Source: an uncultured Alphaproteobacteria bacterium
GTDB taxonomy: Bacteria; Pseudomonadota; Alphaproteobacteria; Rs-D84
DNA length: 64,000 nucleotides
Reading direction: 5' to 3'
Assembly (NCBI GenBank): GCA_944389595.1
Contig: CALXMY010000002.1
Location: forward strand, 57,913 to 121,912
A program made the position numbers and the translations under genes. The stretch's first letter is position 1; every line of letters starts with the position of its first letter. Shown here piece by piece: positions 41,392-50,709 of this stretch. The notes under the pieces were generated by a model. The model was given only the letters and a program-made list of their open reading frames with translations. It had not been told where the DNA came from and ran no database searches.

Positions 41392-42213
41392 ATGAGAGAG
41401 AAAAAAACAGGTGTAAATACACAAAGCAAACGCCGTGGTCGTGTGTGGCTGTGGTTATTTATCGTTATTTTGGTAATTTGTGGTGCCGCGACATGGGTGT
41501 TGTATGACGGCGGGGTTATTGGACGTAATGGCGCAATAAATGGCGGCTTTGTTGCGGAAACGGTTGCGGTTGTGCCGGTGGATACAGAAAATGTTGTGGT
41601 GGCGGACGAAACGCATGAAATTAAACCTGCATGTGTTATCATAGAAGAAAGTTTGTTGGGAAATATTGTTAATGACACACACATGGATTACGCGCGTCAA
41701 TACGATGCTGCGCGTACATATTCCGTTTTGGCGCAATATGGTTGTCCCGAAAATGCCCAGTTCTTTACCGATATGGCCATGCGCAGACAGACGATTGCCC
41801 AGGGTTTAGAGGCCGCATATGGCAACAACACAATGACATCGATTGAATACCTGTATTCTGATGAAAAAATTTGTGAAACAATTGAAAAACGTGTGCTGAA
41901 AAACATAGATACCGATGCGGATACTTATGATGAATTTTTACATAATGCGAATACATATGCGGTGTTGTATGAATATGGTTGCCGTGGAAACAAGGCTGCA
42001 TATATGCGCGCAGCGATTCGTGAATTGGGCGTGGCGGTGGCATTAATGCCAACCGATAAAATGAATCGTGATGAAATTGTAACCGTGGTTGAAATTTGCA
42101 AAAATCTGGGGGTGGCCGAGGCAGCACACCTGATGTTGCAACGGTTAAAGGCCCGTGGGTATGATATGGGATTTCTGTTGGAAATGGAAGATATTATACA
42201 CGGAATCCGCTAG
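41392..42213 (+). CDS. membrane-anchored repeat protein, paralogue family A'
   Basis: 273 aa. N-terminal TM, with repeats AARTYSVLAQYGCPENAQFFTDMAMRRQ and NANTYAVLYEYGCRGNKAAYMRAAIRELGVAVALMP that align with the ORF at 39752. Confidence 0.5.
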   Translation: MREKKTGVNTQSKRRGRVWLWLFIVILVICGAATWVLYDGGVIGRNGAINGGFVAETVAVVPVDTENVVVADETHEIKPACVIIEESLLGNIVNDTHMDYARQYDAARTYSVLAQYGCPENAQFFTDMAMRRQTIAQGLEAAYGNNTMTSIEYLYSDEKICETIEKRVLKNIDTDADTYDEFLHNANTYAVLYEYGCRGNKAAYMRAAIRELGVAVALMPTDKMNRDEIVTVVEICKNLGVAEAAHLMLQRLKARGYDMGFLLEMEDIIHGIR

Positions 42214-42289
42214 AAATAAAATTTGGCCCTGTGAAAAATACTTGCGTTTAGGTAAATTTAGTATATAATCACAGGGCTTTGAATTTGTT

Positions 42290-42364
42290 GCGGGCATAGT
42301 ACAAAGGCTAGTATGCAAGCCTTCCAAGCTTGAAATGCGGGTTCGATTCCCGCTGCCCGCACCA
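42290..42364 (+). tRNA. tRNA-Gly (UCC anticodon)
   Basis: Acceptor GCGGGCA/TGCCCGC, D-arm GTAC...GTAT, anticodon arm CAAGC-CUUCCAA-GCUUG, T-arm GCGGG-TTCGATT-CCCGC, encoded CCA. A TTGCGT-16-TATAAT promoter lies at 42242-42269. Confidence 0.85.
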
Positions 42365-42461
42365 AGAGAGCAGGTTAGGTGTAGTTGAGTTGGGTAACCT
42401 TGCGATGCAAACATCAACTCGTTGCTAATAACGCAACTCGTTGTGTTTTTATACGCGCGGT

Positions 42462-42479
42462 TTCCCGCTGCCCGCACCA
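42462..42479 (+). repeat. 18-bp exact direct repeat of the tRNA-Gly 3' end (TTCCCGCTGCCCGCACCA)
   Basis: Identical to 42347-42364 and located 97 bp downstream of the tRNA. Looks like a truncated T-arm/acceptor copy. Confidence 0.85.
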
Positions 42480-42593
42480 AAAATTGTGAAAAATGGAATC
42501 TGCTTGATTTTGATTCCGGTCATGTACGCTTTGTACACTCGCCTGCATCAAAATCATCGCATCTTCCGATTTTTGACAATTTTTAACAAGATT

Positions 42594-42680
42594 GGGCGTG
42601 CGCCGGAGTTGGAGAGCCGGGGCAGACTGTAAATCTGTTGGCTTAAGCCTGAGGTGGTTCGAATCCACCCACTCCCACCA
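42594..42680 (+). tRNA. tRNA-Tyr (GUA anticodon, class II long variable arm)
   Basis: Acceptor GGGCGTG/CACTCCC with one mismatch, D-stem CCGG/CCGG, anticodon arm GCAGA-CUGUAAA-UCUGU, variable arm GGCTT-AAGCC, T-arm GGTGG-TTCGAAT-CCACC, encoded CCA. Confidence 0.8.
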
Positions 42681-42685
42681 AAATA

Positions 42686-42722
42686 TAAATACCCGCCAAA
42701 TGGCGGGTATTTATATTTTGAG
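42686..42722 (+). terminator. rho-independent terminator after tRNA-Tyr
   Basis: TACCCGCC-aaat-GGCGGGTA hairpin followed by TTTATATTTT. Confidence 0.65.
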
Positions 42723-42830
42723 TTGTGGTATATGGATTAGGCCATACAATCGCCAGATTGTTTGGTTCGGAACAAGCGCATTAGCGCGCAGTGAAAGGGG
42801 CCCGCCGCAATTTATTGCGGTGGGAATTAC

Positions 42831-42849
42831 AATCCACCCACTCCCACCA
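42831..42849 (+). repeat. 19-bp exact direct repeat of the tRNA-Tyr 3' end (AATCCACCCACTCCCACCA)
   Basis: Identical to 42662-42680 and located 150 bp downstream. Preceded by a degenerate T-arm-like GGTGGGAATTACAAT. A terminator hairpin CCGACC-ggat-GGTCGG plus T-run follows at 42859-42879. Confidence 0.85.
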
Positions 42850-43198
42850 AAACACAAACCGACCGGATGGTCGGTTTTTGTTTTGTGTTGGGACAAAAAT
42901 CTTTTATTTTTTTGTGTGTTTTTGGTACAATTATGGGTGAATCCAGTGGGGACACTGGTTCGGTGCTTTTACATGCCCGCCAAATCCGGTGCAACATGGC
43001 AAGCCGTCGGGAATATGATGTGCTTTCTGTGAAATGCGTCGTTATTTATCACTGACTTGTAAAAGTCGGGGGCTGTTGGTTATACAATACGGGTTCCCCG
43101 AGAGACCAATGGAATCAACGATTTGGTGATTTGTGAACCATCGACCGCCTGATGTCTTTGCTGGGCGGTTTTATAAATGACTATGGGGGTAAAATAAC

Positions 43199-43756
43199 TT
43201 GGTACGGAATTTTTATTTTTTTCGGCATGGACAAACAAACGAAAATGCCGAAGGCGCAAAAGAGGGTAATCGTACAGATGCATTTCTGACATCGGATGGT
43301 GTTTTACAGGCCAAGCAATTGGCCGAATTTTTGCGCGATAAAAAAATAGACGCGTTTTATTCTTCGCCATTGCCGCGGGCGGTGCGTACGGCTGAAATTG
43401 TGGCAGAATATCATCCTGCGACACCAATTATTATCGAAGATGATTTTATTGAGACAGCATTCGGATTTTGGTACAACGATGATGCGGATGCGCAACGTCG
43501 CATAGACAATAATTTTAACCGCATCAGTGGTGCGTTGGGGCGTATTGTTGCGCAACGTGAATTATTGGATGTTGCTGTATCGTCGCATGGCGGTGTGACG
43601 CGTGCGTTGTGTTGGGCGGCGGGGATGCGTGTTGGGAATATTAAAAATTGTCAATGTTTTCATTTTGTTTTGGATGATACTGGTTGGCATTTTGTGGAAA
43701 GTTTTGATACAGGAATCGAAGTTGTAAATAAATCTGATATCCCCCAGGATGAATAA
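43199..43756 (+). CDS. histidine phosphatase family protein (phosphoglycerate mutase-like, SixA/GpmB-type)
   Basis: 185 aa. The N-terminal catalytic RHGQT motif preceded by hydrophobic FYFF. A TTG start is likely. Confidence 0.6.
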   Translation: MVRNFYFFRHGQTNENAEGAKEGNRTDAFLTSDGVLQAKQLAEFLRDKKIDAFYSSPLPRAVRTAEIVAEYHPATPIIIEDDFIETAFGFWYNDDADAQRRIDNNFNRISGALGRIVAQRELLDVAVSSHGGVTRALCWAAGMRVGNIKNCQCFHFVLDDTGWHFVESFDTGIEVVNKSDIPQDE

Positions 43757-43805
43757 TCCTAAAAATTTTTGCGTTGAATGTTTTATATGCTAAAATCCCA
43801 TTCAT

Positions 43806-45170
43806 ATGAAATGGTATGGGTGTCTTTTAATTGTTGTTTTAATGGTACTGGGGGTGCCGTGTTCTGTATTGGCAGAAACCGAATCTGGGGCCCGGAAAAC
43901 CGATGATACACACGAATTTACTATGACTGCGGTCCAGGCAATGCAATTGGCCGGGGCGATGGTTGAACGTGGTGATATTGAAAATGCGGAACAAATTTTA
44001 ACCAAAACGCCGCCAATGAATAACGCGGCGTTGGAAATAGAACGTTGGTTTTTATTGGCACAAATTGCCACCAGACGTGGCGACATAGACAGCGCGATAG
44101 AAATATATCGTACCATATTAGATGCCCAGCCTGATTTGGCGCGCATTCGTTTCGAATTAGCAGTATGTTATATGCATCAAAAAAAATGGTCGCGTGCCGA
44201 TTATCATATGCGTCTGGCGATGGCTGGTGATGATTTGCCCGAAAATGTGCGTGGTTTAATGAATTATTACAGGTATATCATTCGTCAAAATAAAAATTGG
44301 AATGTGTGGTTTAATTTCAGTGCCGCGCCCGATAATAATATAAATAATGCGGTTGGTGGCCAGGAATGCGTTTATGGTGTTTTTTGTCGTGATTTGCCGG
44401 ATCCTGTATCTGCGATGGGGTATAATTTAACATTGGGCGGAAATTACGAATTTAAATTATCGGATCAATGGCGATGGAAATCTGATGCCAGTGTGTATAG
44501 TAATATTTACGATTTACATGATTATGATGACTTGTTGTTATATGTTAGCACCGGGCCACGGTTTATTTGGTCGCGTGGGGATGTATGGTTGGGGGCACTG
44601 GCAACGCGGCGTTGGTATGGTTGGCGTGGTTATAATTGGGCCGCAGGTGTTCGAATAAATGCTGGTTATGATTTTACGCGTAAATTATCTGGTGGGTTGT
44701 CTTTGCAATATGTGTCGAATCAATATGATGATTATGGCGATTTTTTAAACGGTGGCACATATTCAACAAATATTCATATGGTTTATTCAATTACCCCCAG
44801 TATTTATACTGTTATGCGTGGCGGTATTGCACGTGAGAAAACAATTGCATCCGAATATTCATATTTGATGCCGAATATCAGTATTGGTATTGGGGCCGAA
44901 TTACCGTATGGATTTGGGGTGTATTTTGAACCGAATTTTTATTGGCAGTTATATGATGCGCCACAATGGGTTGTATACGATAATGTATTTGCCCAAATAA
45001 CCGAACATGATTTTACCCAGCGTTATTCAATTTCGATATCAAATAATAAACTGGATGTATGGGGTTTTGTTCCAACTGTTGTTTTCAGCTATACGCGGCG
45101 TGATTCAAATATGTGGCAACGTGAATATGACCGATGGGCAATTGAGTTCACAATGCAGCAACGTTTTTAA
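43806..45170 (+). CDS. outer-membrane protein with N-terminal TPR-like region and C-terminal beta-barrel (DUF560/Slam-like architecture)
   Basis: 454 aa. Signal peptide, helical TPR-like repeats at about aa 40-160, then aromatic-rich alternating strands ending ...FTMQQRF (C-terminal Phe). Confidence 0.4.
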   Translation: MKWYGCLLIVVLMVLGVPCSVLAETESGARKTDDTHEFTMTAVQAMQLAGAMVERGDIENAEQILTKTPPMNNAALEIERWFLLAQIATRRGDIDSAIEIYRTILDAQPDLARIRFELAVCYMHQKKWSRADYHMRLAMAGDDLPENVRGLMNYYRYIIRQNKNWNVWFNFSAAPDNNINNAVGGQECVYGVFCRDLPDPVSAMGYNLTLGGNYEFKLSDQWRWKSDASVYSNIYDLHDYDDLLLYVSTGPRFIWSRGDVWLGALATRRWYGWRGYNWAAGVRINAGYDFTRKLSGGLSLQYVSNQYDDYGDFLNGGTYSTNIHMVYSITPSIYTVMRGGIAREKTIASEYSYLMPNISIGIGAELPYGFGVYFEPNFYWQLYDAPQWVVYDNVFAQITEHDFTQRYSISISNNKLDVWGFVPTVVFSYTRRDSNMWQREYDRWAIEFTMQQRF

Positions 45171-45181
45171 GCATGTGTTAA

Positions 45182-46807
45182 CTATTCTTCGATTTCCACA
45201 CTGTCGATATATGTACGATTAACAGATTCCAAATTTACCGGTTGAAAATCAGGCGATGAAATAATCGGATCCCGGTCATCTTCGGGTAAAATGATTATCG
45301 TATCGGTCGATGTGGTTGGCGTGCTGTGTGTGATGTGGGTGCCATATGTATCAGATTTGTATTTGTCGCGCAGGCGCACAGGGATACTGATAAAATCATC
45401 CGGATTTACCCCGGGGGTTTCCAAATCCATTTCACGTGCAGGTTTGATTTTTTGTTGTTCCAAACTGTACACAGGGGTTAAGAAATTTTGTACGGCATTG
45501 TGTGTAATGCGCGAATTACCATCGCCCGCCAGTTGCATAATTTGTAATGCACGTTCGTTTTCACCGTTGGGCTTTAAACGGTACAAGCCGGAAACACCGG
45601 CATAACCACTGGGGTCCAATAAATATGCCGCGTCTGATTTATATGAATATATCATGCCCATTGCCATGTTTGCGGCATCATATCCAAATGCCGCCAAATG
45701 GTTTGGTAATGTATTTGTTGCACGTTCGTATAAATTTGAAAACGATGGTGTTATATCAGGCAGTGCAGTATATTTTGCGCCAATCATGGTTATATCATCC
45801 ACTATATCGGAACCGGCCCATAATGATGTGCCGTAAAAGCGCGCCTCGTTCGCGCCAACGCCGTAATAGCGCATGAATGATGCCAGACTTTCTGTATCAT
45901 TACCGTCGCCCAAAAACAGAACTGCATCATATGGTAATTTGCCGATAACTTCCAGTTTAGACATGCGTTCCAGTTGAATGTTTAATGACGATTCTTCCAG
46001 TACGGTTAATCGTTCATTTGTTAATATGTCTGATAAAATTTCACGTGCACGTGTGTTTGCCGTGCTGCGTGCGGTATTCATTGATGCGGCCAATGTTGCA
46101 GATTTAATTGATTCGGAATTTTTTTCGGTATAATAAAATATTCCATTTACCGGTATGTTATATATTTCGGCCGCCGCATATGCCGCGCCCGCCATCAGTT
46201 TTCCTGAATCTGTATCTGGGGCCATGATGATAAAGCCGGTTACACCATCGGCGGCCATTTCGCTGACAATTGCCTCGGTATTATTGGTGGGCATTAATGC
46301 CATTGTCATAACGCCGTCGCCCAATGCGGTTGCATCAGATGTAAAAGATAAAACAGGCAACGATTCCGGTTTGGCATTGCGCAGGGCGCGGGCATCGTTT
46401 GCAAATACCGGCCCAATTACAATTTCGGGATTTGTGGCCAATACATCGTTAATTGTTGTGGGTAAATCGGCCGCGGTATCATAAAATGCAACCGATAAGT
46501 TTTGTGGCGCAGATTGTAAAACAGCCAATTCAATTGCATCGCGTATAGTGCGTCCGGTATCCGCCGCGTCGCCGGTTAATGGCAACATAACCGCCATGCG
46601 GTGCACAGTGGCCCCCAATAAATTATCAGACGGCGTTCCCGGTTGCATATCGGGTGACCCATATTGCATTATAATTGGTGTACCCGTTTCTAAGGTACCG
46701 TATTCGCCGTACCAATCAGTTCGCGATGCATAATCGCCGGCACAGCCCGCCATTAATAAAACCGCCAAAAATCCAAAAAATTTATTCATATGCATTGAAA
46801 AATCCAT
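45182..46807 (-). CDS. lipoprotein with periplasmic-binding-protein type I-like domain (LpoA/LppC-like)
   Basis: 541 aa. Lipobox LLMAGCAG and a PBP-I-like core beginning RMAVMLPLTGDAA. Divergent from rsmI, as in the enterobacterial yraM(lpoA)-yraL(rsmI) arrangement. Has an acidic C-terminal extension. Confidence 0.4.
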   Translation of the reverse strand: MDFSMHMNKFFGFLAVLLMAGCAGDYASRTDWYGEYGTLETGTPIIMQYGSPDMQPGTPSDNLLGATVHRMAVMLPLTGDAADTGRTIRDAIELAVLQSAPQNLSVAFYDTAADLPTTINDVLATNPEIVIGPVFANDARALRNAKPESLPVLSFTSDATALGDGVMTMALMPTNNTEAIVSEMAADGVTGFIIMAPDTDSGKLMAGAAYAAAEIYNIPVNGIFYYTEKNSESIKSATLAASMNTARSTANTRAREILSDILTNERLTVLEESSLNIQLERMSKLEVIGKLPYDAVLFLGDGNDTESLASFMRYYGVGANEARFYGTSLWAGSDIVDDITMIGAKYTALPDITPSFSNLYERATNTLPNHLAAFGYDAANMAMGMIYSYKSDAAYLLDPSGYAGVSGLYRLKPNGENERALQIMQLAGDGNSRITHNAVQNFLTPVYSLEQQKIKPAREMDLETPGVNPDDFISIPVRLRDKYKSDTYGTHITHSTPTTSTDTIIILPEDDRDPIISSPDFQPVNLESVNRTYIDSVEIEE

Positions 46808-46813
46808 TTATTT

Positions 46814-47644
46814 TTGTATCATTTTACTATAAAAGGATTTGTAATGCAATCTGGGCTTTATATTGTTGGAACACCAATTGGAAATTTGGGCGATATGTCG
46901 CCCCGGGCGATTGATGTTTTGCGCAATGTCGATTTAATTGCGGCCGAAGATACACGGGTTTTTGGAAAATTGGCCACGCATTTTGATATTCATGTGCCAC
47001 GTGTTTCATGTCACGAGCATAATGAACGCGATGTTATTCCCGGATTAATTGAAAAATTGCAATCTGGGGCATCAATTGCGGCGGTGTCTGATGCCGGTAT
47101 GCCGGGAATAAGTGATCCGGGTTTTCGATTGGTGCGTGCGGCACGTGCAGCAAATATTCCGGTGTTTGTTGTGCCCGGGCCTGTTGCGGCAATATCGGCA
47201 CTGGTGTTGTCGGGTTTCCCAACCGACAGGTTTACTTTTTGTGGATTTTTTGATGAAAAGAAATTGCGTGATGATAATAAAATTCGTCATACGATAATTT
47301 ATTATGAAAGCCCGAATCGTATAATGACAACCATTGCGGCATTGGCACGCGTAATGCCTGAACGTCAAATTGCCATTGTTCGCGAAATAACCAAATTGCA
47401 CGAGGATGCAATTATTGGCTATCCGGCGGATTTAATGCACATAGAGCCACCACGTGGTGAAATAGTAATTGTGGTTGCGCCGGCACCGGAACATAAAATG
47501 TCAGATGCGGAAATTTCGGAAATTATAAATGATGTTGCGGCCACCACGACAAAATCTGCGGCGGCGGATTTAGCACGGCGTACGGGTATTTCAAAAAAAG
47601 AAGCGTATCGGCGGATGCTGGACAAAGGGGGCACAAATGATTAA
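46814..47644 (+). CDS. rsmI: 16S rRNA (cytidine1402-2'-O)-methyltransferase
   Basis: LYIVGTPIGNLGDMSPRAIDVLRNVDLIAAEDTR tetrapyrrole-methylase fold. The likely true start is MQSGLY at about 46844. Confidence 0.85.
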   Translation: MYHFTIKGFVMQSGLYIVGTPIGNLGDMSPRAIDVLRNVDLIAAEDTRVFGKLATHFDIHVPRVSCHEHNERDVIPGLIEKLQSGASIAAVSDAGMPGISDPGFRLVRAARAANIPVFVVPGPVAAISALVLSGFPTDRFTFCGFFDEKKLRDDNKIRHTIIYYESPNRIMTTIAALARVMPERQIAIVREITKLHEDAIIGYPADLMHIEPPRGEIVIVVAPAPEHKMSDAEISEIINDVAATTTKSAAADLARRTGISKKEAYRRMLDKGGTND

Positions 47645-48191
47645 ATTTGTTGGTGCATTTGATACGGTGGCCGCGTTACCAAATACGCAATTCCCGGAAT
47701 ATGCATTTGTTGGGCGCAGTAATGTTGGAAAATCTTCGTTGATTAATGCCGTTGTTGGGCAAAATGTTGCGCGCACTTCGAACACGCCGGGGCGAACACA
47801 AACACTGAATTTATTTAATATAAATGATCGTGTAATGATTGTTGATTTGCCGGGATATGGGTATGCGCGCGTGTCACGCATGGATGCACTGCGTTGGTTA
47901 AAAAGGCTGGAGGAATATTTAATCACCCGGCGGCAATTACGTCGGTTATTCGTTTTGATTGATTCGCGTATTGGGGCACGTGAATCTGATTTGGATTTAA
48001 TGGATTTTTGTGATGCACACGGAATATCGTACCAGGTTGTTTATACTAAACGTGATAAACGTATACGCGATAAAAACCAGCATATAATAAATCATGAAAG
48101 TCATCCGGCAATGTTGCCGCAAATTTTGGAAACATCTGCTGAAAAGAAAACTGGTATTGAACCAATCAGGATAATAATTGGAATCAAATAA
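47637..48191 (+). CDS. engB: ribosome biogenesis GTP-binding protein EngB (YihA/YsxC)
   Basis: 184 aa. G1 GRSNVGKSSLINA, G3 DLPGYG, G4 TKRD. Confidence 0.85.
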   Translation: MIKFVGAFDTVAALPNTQFPEYAFVGRSNVGKSSLINAVVGQNVARTSNTPGRTQTLNLFNINDRVMIVDLPGYGYARVSRMDALRWLKRLEEYLITRRQLRRLFVLIDSRIGARESDLDLMDFCDAHGISYQVVYTKRDKRIRDKNQHIINHESHPAMLPQILETSAEKKTGIEPIRIIIGIK

Positions 48192-50694
48192 AAATATTTT
48201 TTATGCAACAAATCCGGCGCGTATGATGGATGCGTTGGCGCATGTGTTGGATGCGTCGGGGGCTAATTTGGCGGATGTGTTGATTTTCCTGCCCAGCAGA
48301 CGCGCCGTGCGCAGTGTGGAAAAATATTTGGTTCAACGGGCAGGGCATGCGATTATTTTGCCGCATTTGGTCGCATTGGGCGAAGCACCCGATGATTCAG
48401 ATACAGATGATGATATTTCGGTGAATGGGGCAATTTCCGATATGCAGCGTGTGGTTGTTGCGGCCAAGTTATTGGCATGTGATGAAAATATCGGGAATAT
48501 TGCATCTGCGTTACCAATTGCACATGATTTAATTCGTATGCAAAATTATTTGGAAAACGAAGGGGTGGATGCCACTTCGATTGATTGGGACGCGCTGGTT
48601 GATGAAAAATATGCAACGCATTTTCGGCGCAAGGCCGCTATTTTGAATATATTATCACGGGTCCAGGATGAAATAAATGACGCACGTCCGACTGTTACAC
48701 AGGTGCGTAATTCGGGTATACGTGAATGGATAAAATGTTTGGATAAATATAAATTGGTTGTTGTATGTGCGTCTACGGCCAGTGTGCCGGCCACGGCGGA
48801 TTTAATGGCATCAATTGCGGCGCGTGAAAATGGACGGATTATATTATCGGGGCATATATCGGGAAATGTGGATGATTTTGAATTACCAACAAATCCGTAT
48901 AATGCAGAATATCGATTTTTATCGCGTATCGGGATACAGGCGACCGATTTAATTCCAATTGATGTTGGAATATCACCAATTGAATTTTTTAATCATGCAT
49001 TTGGTAATAATCCGTCACATCCGAATAATGGCGACATGGTGCAACATTGTCATTTGGTGGTTTGTGACCGCGAAAGCGAAGAGGCCGCCGCAGTTGCGGA
49101 AATTGCGGCGCGTGCAATAAATGCAAATAAAACAGTGTTGGTTATAACTCCTGATGCTGCGGGGAATCAACGTATTGCATCTGCGTTCGATTTGCGTGGA
49201 TTACAGGCCGATTTTTCGGGCGGGATTCCGGGTACAATGACCGCCGCGGGGCGTGCGTTGTTAAATTTATTTGATACATGGATTGAAAATAATGATGCAT
49301 CGGTATTCGACCGATTGTATACAGAATGTGAATTTAATTTAATTGATACAATTATAAAAATCGTTGATGAATGTGAATTTGATTTTGTGCCAAAATTTGA
49401 TGTGACGGGTGCGGAATCTGTTCAAATATTTAATGCAATTAATCAATTATCTGAATGTTTGGACGCGGCAAATATACGTTTAGGATTGGCGGATGCGCGC
49501 GCATTGCTGGCCGATGTAATTGGTGGTGTGCAAATTCGGGGGCAAATGGATGATGCCGCCGAAATAGTTGTTTTGGGTACAATTGAATCACGTATGCAAA
49601 CGGCGGATGTTGTGATATTGACGGGATTAAACGATGGTATGTTTCCGGCGCGTGGATATGAAAATGCGTGGTTGCCACGTGATGTGGCCGATAAAATTGG
49701 TTTGCCATCCCCGGACAGAAAGGTATCATTGCAATCATTGGATTTTATGAATTTGTCATGTGGGGCGGATGTTTATTGGACGCGCAGTGGCGTATCCGGT
49801 GGTGTTAAAACAACTGAATCACGATTTTTATCACGCGTGGCGGTGCGTGGCGGGCAATATGATATATCCTGTGCCACAGATATATTGCGCGCGGTTCGTG
49901 GTCGGGACAATGTGGTGGCGCAACCATTGGATTATTCCGCACCATGCGTTTCGGATGATTGGGGCGACATATATGTAACAGATTTGGAATATTTGATACA
50001 TAATCCGTATTCGTTCTATGTACGGCATATGTTGCGTTTGCGCGTGATGAATGATTATTGGGCCGCGCCTGATGCGCGTGATTTTGGTAATTTGGTGCAT
50101 TCTGTAATCGAAGAAAATCGTTATTCCAACATGGATGCAATGGTACGCGAAATGGATGCGCGTGCGCTGGGGGTGTTGGGTACGGGCAGCGTAATGTTCC
50201 ATTTTTGGCATAAACGATTTGTTGAAATCGCCCCTGTTGTTATACAGGTTATGTCTGAATTACCGCCATTTGCGGTTGAAATTGGTGGGCACATGAATAT
50301 TGATGGTCATGTGATTCGTGCGCGTGCGGATTGTGTGTGGGATGGTGGGGTTATGGATATAAAAACCGGCACTGCACCAAATGCGGCGCAATTAAAACAG
50401 GGAAATATGCCACAGTTACCGTTGGAAGCGTATATGTTAAAAACCGGCGGATTTCCAATGCGTGTAACACAAAAATCATCCATGCCCCAGATGATGTTTT
50501 TACAATTAAAAAATAATGATGCGCGTGCAATAACATATGATTATACGATAACCCAGCAAATGATAAATGCCGCCGTGGACAAGGCAAAGCAGATGATAGA
50601 CATTTATTTGGTTGGGCGCGCGCCATATGAATATCATCAGACAAATGACATAAAATATCATGCATATGATGATTTGGCGCGCACGAACGATTAA
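48178..50694 (+). CDS. AddB-like PD-(D/E)XK helicase-nuclease family protein (no adjacent addA)
   Basis: 838 aa. A degenerate N-terminal helicase-like region and a C-terminal RecB-family nuclease motif (RADCVWDGGVMDIKTG) as in AddB. Confidence 0.45.
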   Translation: MESNKNIFYATNPARMMDALAHVLDASGANLADVLIFLPSRRAVRSVEKYLVQRAGHAIILPHLVALGEAPDDSDTDDDISVNGAISDMQRVVVAAKLLACDENIGNIASALPIAHDLIRMQNYLENEGVDATSIDWDALVDEKYATHFRRKAAILNILSRVQDEINDARPTVTQVRNSGIREWIKCLDKYKLVVVCASTASVPATADLMASIAARENGRIILSGHISGNVDDFELPTNPYNAEYRFLSRIGIQATDLIPIDVGISPIEFFNHAFGNNPSHPNNGDMVQHCHLVVCDRESEEAAAVAEIAARAINANKTVLVITPDAAGNQRIASAFDLRGLQADFSGGIPGTMTAAGRALLNLFDTWIENNDASVFDRLYTECEFNLIDTIIKIVDECEFDFVPKFDVTGAESVQIFNAINQLSECLDAANIRLGLADARALLADVIGGVQIRGQMDDAAEIVVLGTIESRMQTADVVILTGLNDGMFPARGYENAWLPRDVADKIGLPSPDRKVSLQSLDFMNLSCGADVYWTRSGVSGGVKTTESRFLSRVAVRGGQYDISCATDILRAVRGRDNVVAQPLDYSAPCVSDDWGDIYVTDLEYLIHNPYSFYVRHMLRLRVMNDYWAAPDARDFGNLVHSVIEENRYSNMDAMVREMDARALGVLGTGSVMFHFWHKRFVEIAPVVIQVMSELPPFAVEIGGHMNIDGHVIRARADCVWDGGVMDIKTGTAPNAAQLKQGNMPQLPLEAYMLKTGGFPMRVTQKSSMPQMMFLQLKNNDARAITYDYTITQQMINAAVDKAKQMIDIYLVGRAPYEYHQTNDIKYHAYDDLARTND

Positions 50695-50709
50695 TCAATA
50701 AATATAATT

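Noticed and set aside
42573-42578. TTGACA hexamer upstream of tRNA-Tyr as its -35 element
   Set aside because: With a 17-bp spacer the -10 would fall inside the mature tRNA. tRNA-Tyr may instead be co-transcribed or use a weaker promoter.
43080-43427. 115-aa minus-strand ORF overlapping the histidine-phosphatase start
   Set aside because: It is antisense to the RHG-motif gene and has no supporting features.
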